A stretch of DNA of 15,978 nucleotides. It comes from an uncultured archaeon (GTDB taxonomy: Archaea; Asgardarchaeota; Jordiarchaeia; Jordiarchaeales; Jordiarchaeaceae). Below are positions 7,278 through 15,745 of the stretch, in pieces. The notes below the pieces were generated by a model. It had not been told where the DNA came from and ran no database searches. It worked only from the letters and a program-made list of their open reading frames with translations. The translations under genes were made by a program, and so were the position numbers. Every line of letters starts with the position of its first letter. The stretch's first letter is position 1. Where the stretch lies: contig CAZECW010000131.1 in assembly GCA_964510585.1 (NCBI GenBank), positions 1-15,978 of the forward strand, read 5' to 3'.

Positions 7278-8237
7278 TTATATCCGCAGTCTAGGAAAAA
7301 GTCTGAGTGCATTCCCCTGTTCTATTCGAGTACGCTCCTCGGTGTCAAAACCGTCGTAGCTGTCGAGTTGCTTAATCTGTTCTGCTGTGAGGTTTTCAGG
7401 TGCAAAAGGGTAATCGCTTCCAAAGAGAATTTGGGAAGACTCCACTAATTCTTGGAGGGAACGTAAGGCGTAGGGGGTAGTTGAAAGTGCAGTGTCATAG
7501 TATATTTTTTTGAGGTAACTTATAAATCCTTGAGGAGCATTTTTCGCCGCATCGGTTATCATAAATAGGCCCAGAGAAATTCGCCAAGCAAGGAAGGGGA
7601 TGGTTCCACCTGCATGCGAAAAGATAAATTGGACATGTGGATTGCGTTCAATGGTGCCGCTATAAATAAGATTCGTTATTGTGCGGGTGGTGTCAAAAGT
7701 ATACTCATACAAAGAGTAGGGAACATCGAGACCAATATGTTTAACTCCAGCGGGATCTGTGGGGTGGACAAAGACAACTGCTTTTCTGCGATTAAGTTCC
7801 CTAAAAACCTCATCAAAAAGGGGGTCGCCCAAATATCGGCCGCCAAAATTGGTCATCAATACCACACCATCAAGGCCCAGCGAGTCCATAGCATAATCTA
7901 TTTCCTCTAGGGCAGCGTCCACATCTGGCAGAGGCAAAGTGGCAAAAGCCCCAAACCGCTGAGGGTTACCATGCACCAGATTTGCGGAGAACTCATTGCA
8001 TATCCTTGCCAATTCTTGGGCAAAGGCGGAATCGCCGAAATAAACGCCCGGCGAAGAAATAGAGGTAATCGCTGCCATTATTCCATTACGATCCATCACA
8101 TCAAGCATCATATTCTCAGACCATTGAGGAAAAGTCACTCCAGAAGTTTTGGTGATGCCCAGGCTATTTAGAGCTTTAACATATTCACGGGGAACAATAT
8201 GGTGGTGTACATCAACACGATGAGGTTCAGCAAACAT
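7278..8237 (-). CDS. Amidohydrolase-2 family protein (6-methylsalicylate decarboxylase / ACMSD-like metal-dependent decarboxylase or hydrolase)
   Basis: DVHHH, VFVHP, HAGG, YYDTA and FGSDYPF metal-site motifs. The ORF track starts at GTG 8285. I prefer ATG 8237 (MFAEPHRVDVHHH, 319 aa) because it gives a typical N-terminus and a TATTTAAAA box lies at 8288-8296 on the minus strand. Confidence 0.9.
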   Translation of the reverse strand: MFAEPHRVDVHHHIVPREYVKALNSLGITKTSGVTFPQWSENMMLDVMDRNGIMAAITSISSPGVYFGDSAFAQELARICNEFSANLVHGNPQRFGAFATLPLPDVDAALEEIDYAMDSLGLDGVVLMTNFGGRYLGDPLFDEVFRELNRRKAVVFVHPTDPAGVKHIGLDVPYSLYEYTFDTTRTITNLIYSGTIERNPHVQFIFSHAGGTIPFLAWRISLGLFMITDAAKNAPQGFISYLKKIYYDTALSTTPYALRSLQELVESSQILFGSDYPFAPENLTAEQIKQLDSYDGFDTEERTRIEQGNALRLFPRLRI

Positions 8238-8680
8238 TACAACACTCTCTGAGATGGATTTTTTCTCAACTATAAGGCGGAACACCTTTTTAAATAGTTT
8301 TCACCCCCAAAGTAATCGATGCCAATCGGTTAAATGAACCCATAAAGAATGTGGTAGGGTAGGAACCTACCAGTATTTGATTGTTTGGAGGTTCTCGGTA
8401 ATCATCCTCATTGTTTGCCAGGCTGGGAAGGAAATATTGTGTGAGCAACTCTATGTTTGAGGGGGGTGTTCATGTTTCCGCTAAAAGGGTTTAGGGCAGA
8501 TTTTTTATGTACTGCTGGAATGAGTTGGTTTAGATCTGCTCTTCTCCAAGGTGAGCTATTTTTCCATTAAACATCTCCCGAAATATTTTTTCTGGTCTGG
8601 GAAGGTAGGGCACCATTGCTTAAAGGGGGCGCTTAAATGTTATTCTTTTTCTACGGAACTGAAGTTTTGGGACTAAAAGG

Positions 8681-8686
8681 TTATAA
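8681..8686 (+). promoter_or_regulatory. Putative TATA box of the acx operon
   Basis: AAAAGG-TTATAA, the same purine-run-plus-TATA pattern as upstream of ssb copy 1. Confidence 0.45.
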
Positions 8687-8750
8687 GGGAGATTCTCCAA
8701 ATACTTAGAACTAAAATTATGTTATGAATGGGAGTTTGGAGAGGAAAAAC

Positions 8751-10898
8751 TTGTCTGAATCTAAAGCAGTTAAAAAATATTCTGTGAAAGCCATAGCTTT
8801 GGATACTGGTGGAACAATGTCAGACACATTCATAATCGATGAAAAGGGAAGGTTCGCTGTGGGAAAAGCTTTGACCACCCCCCAAGAGGAATCAGTGGGA
8901 ATCCTAAACTCCATAGCCGACGCCCTAAGCTATTGGAACACTAAACTAGAGGAAGGAGCGGCAACCGTGGAGGCTCTAGTTTACTCCGGCACCCTAATGA
9001 CAAACAGATTATTGGAGAGAAAAGGCAACAGCAACATCGGAGTCATAGTGAATGCGGGATTCGAAGATCTCCACAGGCTGGGAAGAGCCCTACAGTGCTG
9101 GATATGGCTACCCTACTCGGGGCGTCTACACGCCAGAGAACATGAACACCCCAAACCGCTCATCCCAAGAAAAAACATTAAGGGTGTTCGGGGAAGAATC
9201 AATTTCTGGGGAGAACAGTTGATTCCGCTCTACGAAAACGATGTGAGAAAAGCCGTGGAAGAACTTCTCGACATGGGAGTCGATAGCATCTGTGTTTGTC
9301 TCCTCTGCTCCTACATGAACCCCATGCACGAGAGACGGGTGAGAGAGATTGCAGAAGAGGTTATGGCAAAGAAAGGCAAAAAGGTTCCAGTAGTTTTGTC
9401 CTGTGAACACAACCCAGTTAGAGGTGAAACTCCAAGGCTCAACGCTCTAATAATTGAGCAGTACGCAGCTGAACCCTCAAGACAACAGTTGATTAAACTA
9501 TCAGAAACCTTCAAGAAGAAAGGAGTACGCGCGCCCCTAAGGATACTGACGTCTTATGGTGGAACAATTTCTCCGCAGCACAGGCAGTTGATAACCATTC
9601 TTATGTCTGGCCCCATAGGTGGAGTTATAGGCAGCAAGTTCATAGCGGAAAAGTATGGAATAAAGAACTTAGTATCGTCAGATGTTGGGGGAACAAGCTT
9701 TGACGTGGCCCTAATGATGGAGAAATATGTTCCAACCAAGTGGGAGAGCTCCATCGGAAGATATATACTTAACATACCAACACTGGCCCTGGACTCTATA
9801 GGCGCGGGAACCGGGATGTACGTTAGATACAACAAGATTACCGAGAACCTAGAGTTTGGACCAGAAAGCGCGGGATACCGCATAGGAGTATGCAACGAAG
9901 AGTCAGGAGTAACAACGGTAACCATGACCGACTGCAGCTTGATTCTGGGATACCTCAACCCCAAATATTTCCTTGGAGGAAAGGTTCCACTAAACAAGGA
10001 ACGTGCACTTAAAGCCGTAGAGGAACAGTTAGCGGAACCCATGAAAACTGATCCCTACAGCACCGCTAGGGGAGCGTTGGATCTTATAGAGATAAGTATG
10101 AAGAACCACCTCAACGGTATGATAGAAGGATTAGGATTCAGACCCGAAAACTATGCTCTAATATCGTTCGGCGGAGGAGGACCACTACACGTGGCTGGAT
10201 ACTCTAGGGATATGAAATTCCAAGACATACTGATACCGGAGTGGGCTCCTGCCTTCTCAGCCTTTGGATGTGCCTGCGCCGACCACTCCTACAGACACGA
10301 GAAAACAGCGGATCTCATAATAACTCCTAACGGAGCCATGAACCCCATAGTGGCTATGATGCTGAATGCCACCTGGGCTGAACTCAAGCAAAATATAGTT
10401 GAAGAAGTTAAGAGGGAGGGAAGAGACCCCAGCGAACTGGAGTTCAGACCATCAGTTAGGTTGCAGTATCTGGGAATGTTGGACGACTTGGAAGTGAAGT
10501 CACCCTCGGATAACCTGCAGCCCGACGATGTATGGGAGATTGCCAGAAGATACGATGAACTATTTGAGGAAATTTTCTTGAGAGGCACAAAAAGCCCAGA
10601 GCTGGGATACCACGTTACCAAAGCTATAGCCACTGGAGTGGTTCCGGTACCTAAACCTGAACTTCCAACTTATGAGTTAAGCGGAAAGGAGCCGGAGGAG
10701 AAGGCTTCCAAAGGGTACAGAGAAATATTCTGGGGAGCCGGCTGGCATGAAGCTTCAATCTGGGAAATGGAGCTACTCCAATCTGGAAATGTGGTGGATG
10801 GCCCGGCAGTGATTGAAGCTCCGGCAACAACTCTGCTAGTTCCACCAGGTTACCGTGTGACACTGGATGAACATAGAATTTTCCACATGGAGGTATAA
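8751..10898 (+). CDS. acxA: Acetone carboxylase beta subunit (hydantoinase A / oxoprolinase ATP-binding family)
   Basis: ASKHA-type DTGGTMSD and DVGGTSFD, SGPIGGV, FGGGGPLH, and C-terminal GPAVIEAPATT. First of three tightly linked genes. The track starts at ATG 8724; in-frame TTG 8751 has SD GGAGAGG and the same context as the esterase start (715 aa). Confidence 0.88.
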   Translation: MSESKAVKKYSVKAIALDTGGTMSDTFIIDEKGRFAVGKALTTPQEESVGILNSIADALSYWNTKLEEGAATVEALVYSGTLMTNRLLERKGNSNIGVIVNAGFEDLHRLGRALQCWIWLPYSGRLHAREHEHPKPLIPRKNIKGVRGRINFWGEQLIPLYENDVRKAVEELLDMGVDSICVCLLCSYMNPMHERRVREIAEEVMAKKGKKVPVVLSCEHNPVRGETPRLNALIIEQYAAEPSRQQLIKLSETFKKKGVRAPLRILTSYGGTISPQHRQLITILMSGPIGGVIGSKFIAEKYGIKNLVSSDVGGTSFDVALMMEKYVPTKWESSIGRYILNIPTLALDSIGAGTGMYVRYNKITENLEFGPESAGYRIGVCNEESGVTTVTMTDCSLILGYLNPKYFLGGKVPLNKERALKAVEEQLAEPMKTDPYSTARGALDLIEISMKNHLNGMIEGLGFRPENYALISFGGGGPLHVAGYSRDMKFQDILIPEWAPAFSAFGCACADHSYRHEKTADLIITPNGAMNPIVAMMLNATWAELKQNIVEEVKREGRDPSELEFRPSVRLQYLGMLDDLEVKSPSDNLQPDDVWEIARRYDELFEEIFLRGTKSPELGYHVTKAIATGVVPVPKPELPTYELSGKEPEEKASKGYREIFWGAGWHEASIWEMELLQSGNVVDGPAVIEAPATTLLVPPGYRVTLDEHRIFHMEV

Positions 10899-10903
10899 TT
10901 AAT

Positions 10904-13120
10904 ATGTCGAGAAAGTATATTGGATGGGATAAGAAAAGCTTGAAGGAGATGCTTGAGGAGAGCGAGAGGATTTTTAAAGAGACCGGATACTACTGTGGAA
11001 TAGATAAGCTCAGACTTAAAGAAGAAGATCCATTCAGATATGAGCGTGCCTACGCCAGTCTGAGAGGAGCATTAGTCTCCGCCAGAGAAACCGCGCTGCA
11101 TATTGCCGCCTCGCCCATAGTTAGGGAGATTGGTGAGCTCTGCTTCGCCCTTTACACCCCTGAGGGGGACTCCATAGTTGTTTCAACCGGTATTCTGGTT
11201 CACGTGCACACAATGAGCGAGGCCATAAAGTTTATGATTAGGGAGAACTATGAGGAGGATCCGGGAATAAATCCGGGGGACATTTTTCTCAATAACGACC
11301 CGCAGTGTGGCAATGTGCACACTACCGATGTTCAGACCCTTATCCCCATATTCTGGAAAGATGAGCTTATAGGCTGGGCTGGAGGAGTCACACACCAGGT
11401 TGACACGGGAGGAATAGTTCCGGGACACGACCTGACATCCGCAATTCAACGTTTCGACGATGGGGTGTACTATACATGCTTAAAGATTGGTTCCAACGAT
11501 AAGATATGGAAAGACCACTTTATTAACGCTCGGAGATCTGTGAGAACACCCCTCTACTGGGAGCTAGATGAAAAGTGCCGCCTTGCAGGTGACTTGATGA
11601 TTAGGGACGCAGTCTACAAGTTCATAGAGAAGGAGGGAATAGACTACTATAAACGGTTCATAAGGGAGGCCATAGAGGAAACAAGAAGAATCTTCAAAGA
11701 ACGCGTAAAGGAACGACTAATACCTGGAAGATACAGGGCGGCTTCATTCTTTGATATACCCTCCAAGGAAACAGCTTGGCAACCAAGAGCAAAGGTTGAC
11801 AAAATCTCCAATGAACCCATAGAAATCATAGTTAAAGAGGACGGAAGTCTCTCCCTAAGTTTTGATGGGGCCAGCGGACCCGGAGCTAACCCTATGAACT
11901 GTGACAAGGGTGCTATGGAGGGAGGACAATGGGTTCTCCTAACCCAAGTTCTGATTTACGGAGACAAAGTAAACGATGGAGCATACCTTGCTGTAGAAAC
12001 TGATTATCCCTTGGGAACTTGGAGCAATCCCGGGGACCCCTACCTTTCCTATCAGAGTCCATGGGGTAACCTAATTCCCGCCTACACTGGAATGATGAAG
12101 TGTCTGTCTTATGGACTGTTTTCACGCGGCTATAGAGAAGAAGTGGTTCCAGGTTACGGTTTTACTGGAGACGCCATTCAGGGTGGAGGAGTCTACTCCG
12201 CCGGTCCACTTATGGGTCAGAGGTGGGCCCTTTCAACATTCGAAATTAGCGGTCAGGGCTTAGGAGCAAGCGCAGTGAGGGACGGACTGGACTGGGGATA
12301 CGCTATGTGGAACCCCGAAGCAGACCTTGGAGATGTGGAAACCTGGGAACTATTCCAGGGCGGTATACCCTACCTTTCAAGGAGGGTGAAGCCCAACAAC
12401 GCAGGCTATGGCAAGTATCGGGGTGGAGCAAACTATGAGGGCGTAGCAATGATTGCCAACTCCAAGGACGTGGACTTCTTCGGAGCTAGGGAAGGAATGG
12501 TTTTCCATGGAAGCGGAGGCATGCATGGAGGGTATCCCGAACCAACAGCTTATCGCCTATATGCCAAAAAAACAAATATGAAGGAAATAATTGAAAACCA
12601 GAAAGACTATCCTCTTGGAGACCCTGACCCGGCTAACGGTGAGTTTGAGAGACTCTTGAAGGGAGAAATAACAAGGAAGGAATACTGCACCATTTATCCC
12701 ATAACCCTAGAGAACTATGATTTAATTCACTACGCACTAAGTGGAGGGCCCGGATACGGTGATCCCCTGGAGAGAAGGCTGGAGCTGGTGAAGCAGGACC
12801 TTGACGATGGCATCTACACCCAAGACATTGTTTACAAGGTTTATGGAGTGGTGGCAAACTATGATGAGCAGAAGGGTGAGTGGGTAGTGGACGAGAAAGC
12901 TACACAAAAGCGTAGGGAAGAGATTAGAAGGGAGAGGAAGGAAAAATCTATGCCCTTCAACGAATACTGGGAACGGGAGCGGAAGAAAATTGTTGAAGGC
13001 AAGCTCTGCGACGCGGTTAAAATCATGTATTCTGAGAGCCTCAGACTGTCTAAAAAGTGGGCCAAGGAGTTCCGAGAATTCTGGAAGCTGCCTGAAGATT
13101 TCATGGTGGAGGTGAAATAA
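10904..13120 (+). CDS. acxB: Acetone carboxylase alpha subunit (catalytic metal-binding, hydantoinase B family), 738 aa
   Basis: SPIVREIGELCF, STGILVHVHTM, NNDPQCGNVHTTD and GGVTH. E78/H139/D142/H164 have the same spacing as the Mn ligands E89/H150/D153/H175 I recall for Xanthobacter AcxB (constant offset 11). SD GGAGGT; 5 nt after the acxA stop. Confidence 0.92.
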   Translation: MSRKYIGWDKKSLKEMLEESERIFKETGYYCGIDKLRLKEEDPFRYERAYASLRGALVSARETALHIAASPIVREIGELCFALYTPEGDSIVVSTGILVHVHTMSEAIKFMIRENYEEDPGINPGDIFLNNDPQCGNVHTTDVQTLIPIFWKDELIGWAGGVTHQVDTGGIVPGHDLTSAIQRFDDGVYYTCLKIGSNDKIWKDHFINARRSVRTPLYWELDEKCRLAGDLMIRDAVYKFIEKEGIDYYKRFIREAIEETRRIFKERVKERLIPGRYRAASFFDIPSKETAWQPRAKVDKISNEPIEIIVKEDGSLSLSFDGASGPGANPMNCDKGAMEGGQWVLLTQVLIYGDKVNDGAYLAVETDYPLGTWSNPGDPYLSYQSPWGNLIPAYTGMMKCLSYGLFSRGYREEVVPGYGFTGDAIQGGGVYSAGPLMGQRWALSTFEISGQGLGASAVRDGLDWGYAMWNPEADLGDVETWELFQGGIPYLSRRVKPNNAGYGKYRGGANYEGVAMIANSKDVDFFGAREGMVFHGSGGMHGGYPEPTAYRLYAKKTNMKEIIENQKDYPLGDPDPANGEFERLLKGEITRKEYCTIYPITLENYDLIHYALSGGPGYGDPLERRLELVKQDLDDGIYTQDIVYKVYGVVANYDEQKGEWVVDEKATQKRREEIRRERKEKSMPFNEYWERERKKIVEGKLCDAVKIMYSESLRLSKKWAKEFREFWKLPEDFMVEVK

Positions 13121-13618
13121 GTGTCCAAATATGATAGGAAAACATTGGAGAGACTAATCGACGGAGAATTAACTTGGGAAGAGTTGAAACCCATAATCAG
13201 CGGGCCTAAGGATCCAGACAGATTCGACAAAGTATTAGAAATTCTACAGTCTCGTGTGCCATGGAAGGAAAAGATTCTCTTGCCCCTCCACGAGCACCTA
13301 TACGTGGTTTCAAAAGGGGGCCAGAGGATAGTTAAGTGTGACTGTGGATACGAGTTTGGAGACTATCGTGAGAACTGGAAAACCAAATGCCGAGTTAGGG
13401 TTAGAGACACCAGAGAATCCATTGAGGAAATCTACATGAAGTATATGGGAAGCAACCCCGAATGGGAGGAGCTCCGAGAGTACTACTGCCCAGGCTGCCT
13501 AACATTATTGGACGTTGAGTGTGCACCGCCAGGATACCCCACCGTGTTCAACTTTTTACCAGACATCGACACTTTCTACGAGAAATGGCTAAATAGATCA
13601 CCGCCAGACAAAAAATAG
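13121..13618 (+). CDS. acxC: Acetone carboxylase gamma subunit (zinc-binding), 165 aa
   Basis: L-I-D-G-x-L-x-W N-terminus, KDPDRF, LHEHLYVV, C73-x-C75 and C123-x2-C126, F-x-PDIDTFY. GTG start abuts the acxB TAA, with SD GGAGGTGA inside acxB. Confidence 0.92.
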   Translation: MSKYDRKTLERLIDGELTWEELKPIISGPKDPDRFDKVLEILQSRVPWKEKILLPLHEHLYVVSKGGQRIVKCDCGYEFGDYRENWKTKCRVRVRDTRESIEEIYMKYMGSNPEWEELREYYCPGCLTLLDVECAPPGYPTVFNFLPDIDTFYEKWLNRSPPDKK

Positions 13619-13668
13619 ACTCTTCTGCCAATAAAAATTTTAAAAATTCCATTCCCCCACTTTTCCCC

Positions 13669-13675
13669 TTTTTTT
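13669..13675 (+). terminator. Candidate oligo(T) terminator of the acx operon
   Basis: TTTTCCCCTTTTTTT pyrimidine run about 50 nt after the acxC stop. Confidence 0.4.
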
Positions 13676-13933
13676 GAATCTCTTGAAATGAGAAGCAGTT
13701 CTGTAAGAGGGATTTCGAGTACTGAAAATATTTTGAAATCATCATTGACGCTCGATTTTTTATTTGTTGTAATCCCTGCCTGTCTTTTCTGGTTTTTCTG
13801 GTGGGGGATGATGGTTTTTCTTCTTAGAAACGCTGGTTTAGGTTGGCAGCTAGATCCTGGAACCGTTCAGGGGGAGAGGTTCTGGGTTGTTTTGAAGATT
13901 TTTTGGAGCCTTTAACTATTTTTTGGGTTTTTG

Positions 13934-14356
13934 CTATCTTTCTTTGAATTCGTCAGGGATGAGGGTGAAGTAGCTTGGGCAGTTATTGAGACTTCTGAGA
14001 GTTTGGCCGCCAACGTATACTAGAGCTTCTACTTCGCGTCCACTATCAGTTAGCACTCTAACAACTGTTTTTTCAAAAAGTCCCGAGGAGACTCCTTCTA
14101 TCTCGTCTAATTTATTTATTGTTTCCTCCCCTACTGAGTAGTAGACTTCACCCTTCACCGAATGCCCTTGGGAAGCCTTTATGAAGGGGTAATTCTTTGA
14201 GTTACACCATAGCAACTTGTAATTTTTGAGGAGGGCTCTCTCGAACTTGAAGCCTCTTAGAATCTTGGATCTGGAGTGCACTTCGATTTCACCATTTCTC
14301 GGATTAATATACTTGCTCAGAAGTGTACCGTAAACAAAAACATTCCCGCAACTCAA
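13934..14356 (-). CDS. Gamma-glutamylcyclotransferase (AIG2/GGACT-like) family protein, 140 aa
   Basis: VFVYGTL N-terminal motif, VxGEVY, and LDEIEG (catalytic Glu position) followed by F-E-K...V...A-x-V-Y. TTG start. Confidence 0.87.
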   Translation of the reverse strand: MSCGNVFVYGTLLSKYINPRNGEIEVHSRSKILRGFKFERALLKNYKLLWCNSKNYPFIKASQGHSVKGEVYYSVGEETINKLDEIEGVSSGLFEKTVVRVLTDSGREVEALVYVGGQTLRSLNNCPSYFTLIPDEFKER

Positions 14357-14595
14357 AAATTAAAACCCCCAAAAAAATAGAACATTAACCGCAAAATAAT
14401 TTTTGCATCAGCCCATTTAAAACTTGTCGGATACCTTTTCTGGGCAACTTTTCTGGTGAAGCGTTACATCAACTTTTTGGGCAAAATTATAGCAGACATT
14501 TTTGGCGTCATTTCTTGTTTGGCTATCCTTGATTCTTGTCATGGTGTTGCTAATGTTTAAAAGGGTTTTTAGTGGTTTAATGGATTAAGGATTTG

Positions 14596-14602
14596 TATAT
14601 AT
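14596..14602 (+). promoter_or_regulatory. Putative TATA box giving a near-leaderless transcript
   Basis: TATATAT centred about 26 nt upstream of ATG 14625. Confidence 0.4.
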
Positions 14603-14621
14603 TATTTTTTTGTGGGGCTGA

Positions 14622-15452
14622 TTGATGGAGTCTGATTTCGGGATTCTTCCCCTAGGTGTTAGGAGGTATTTGGGTGAGGCTTTTTCTCTGCTTTTTTCCC
14701 ACTTGGGGGAGCGTGGTGTGGTGGGCTTGTATCTTTTTGGGAGTGCCCTTGGTGAGGAGTTTTCTGCCAGTAGCGACTTCGACTTCTTGGTTGTTTTAAG
14801 TGATGGGGTTACCTTAAAGCAGATTCATTATGTTAACAGTTTACTGAATGGTCTCGAGATTAAATATGGACTACGTGAGGAGAAATTTTCCATTCCCAGA
14901 AAAGTATTGAGGACGATAGAGAGGAGTACGGGAATGTTTGAATCACACTTCGTTTGTAGAAAAAGTGATTTGTTGAGGGCGGATTTTCCCCGAATTTTTA
15001 ATACGAGTCACCTCATGTCCAAACTTTTGGCTCCCTCATCAATTGTCCTAGGCAGTGTGCTTGGCAGAATAAAAAAATTGTATGGAGAAGACCTCCACCT
15101 AAAAGTGTCTGTACCGAAACCAACCCCATTCACAATGATAAAAAGCCTAGCCATGAACCTACTCCTAAGCCTCTTTTCAATCATCCTTTACCCCTTCAGC
15201 TCTAGGGCAAACAAGTACGAAATGGAAGCCGCCAAGTGGAGTATCATGGCCTCCTACTACTACCTGAAAGAAAGTAGCCCCACACTAACCCAAGCCGTAA
15301 AATACTTCACAAAACTAGGCATATCCAAATCCTACCTTAAACGGCTACTCCAACTCAGAAACAATTATCACAACGATATACATTTCGGATTAGCCACACC
15401 ACTCCAAGTCCTAAAAATCCACACCAAGACCCTAAAACACAAAAAGCCCTAA
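14622..15452 (+). CDS. DNA polymerase beta-superfamily nucleotidyltransferase with helical C-terminal domain, 276 aa
   Basis: GLYLFGSALGEEFSASSDFDFLVV fits hG[GS]-x9-13-DhDh. The C-terminal half looks helical. Start is TTG 14622 or ATG 14625. Confidence 0.82.
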   Translation: MMESDFGILPLGVRRYLGEAFSLLFSHLGERGVVGLYLFGSALGEEFSASSDFDFLVVLSDGVTLKQIHYVNSLLNGLEIKYGLREEKFSIPRKVLRTIERSTGMFESHFVCRKSDLLRADFPRIFNTSHLMSKLLAPSSIVLGSVLGRIKKLYGEDLHLKVSVPKPTPFTMIKSLAMNLLLSLFSIILYPFSSRANKYEMEAAKWSIMASYYYLKESSPTLTQAVKYFTKLGISKSYLKRLLQLRNNYHNDIHFGLATPLQVLKIHTKTLKHKKP

Positions 15453-15745
15453 CCAAAAAAGACCTAATCATCAATGCCAGCTGAGGATTTTGCGCACAAT
15501 CATCTTATGGGGCATGCCCTACACTCAGTTTTTCCCTTTTCCAGTGTAGACTTCTAGAAGCCCATCCACCTTCTTGGGAAAGGCGGTCTATCATATCTTT
15601 TGTTGATAGATTTTAACCCGTCAATTTAGTTTGTTTGCGCCCACTAATTAAAGAAGCTTTGTTCTCCGGTGCCTGGTCTCTGATTCAGTTCGTCTAAAAA
15701 TAGATTGTAATTGGAGAAGCAAATATTTTCTGAAACACTCTTTCT

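Noticed and set aside
8472-8570. 32-aa ORF with a G-rich SD-like run in the divergent promoter region
   Set aside because: Short, with no motif or other support.
559-13230. Many 60-160 aa ORFs antisense or out of frame to the long genes (e.g. 559-780, 2061-2318, 2976-3329, 9554-10042, 12859-13230)
   Set aside because: Shadow ORFs that overlap well-supported genes and have no motifs of their own.
8751-13618. Alternative call as acetophenone carboxylase or 5-oxoprolinase, the latter prompted by the nearby GGCT gene whose family makes 5-oxoproline
   Set aside because: The three-gene layout with an AcxC-type gamma subunit and AcxB-specific motifs fits acetone carboxylase. GGCT is convergent, about 315 nt away and not in the operon.
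13739-13745. Box C-like ATGATGA on the minus strand
   Set aside because: No CTGA box D at a suitable distance, so no C/D sRNA can be supported.
13688-13915. 75-aa hydrophobic plus-strand ORF
   Set aside because: Its F/W/L richness is explained by the T/G-rich composition downstream of GGCT; no SD.
15539-15551. TTCCAGTGTAGAC, 11/13 match to the ORB core TTCCAGTGGAAAC
   Set aside because: Single copy, no G-string and no initiator gene nearby.
2590-15745. Recently integrated island flanked by direct repeats of ssb
   Set aside because: The two ssb copies differ at many synonymous sites and no integrase is present, so they are not recent att-like repeats.
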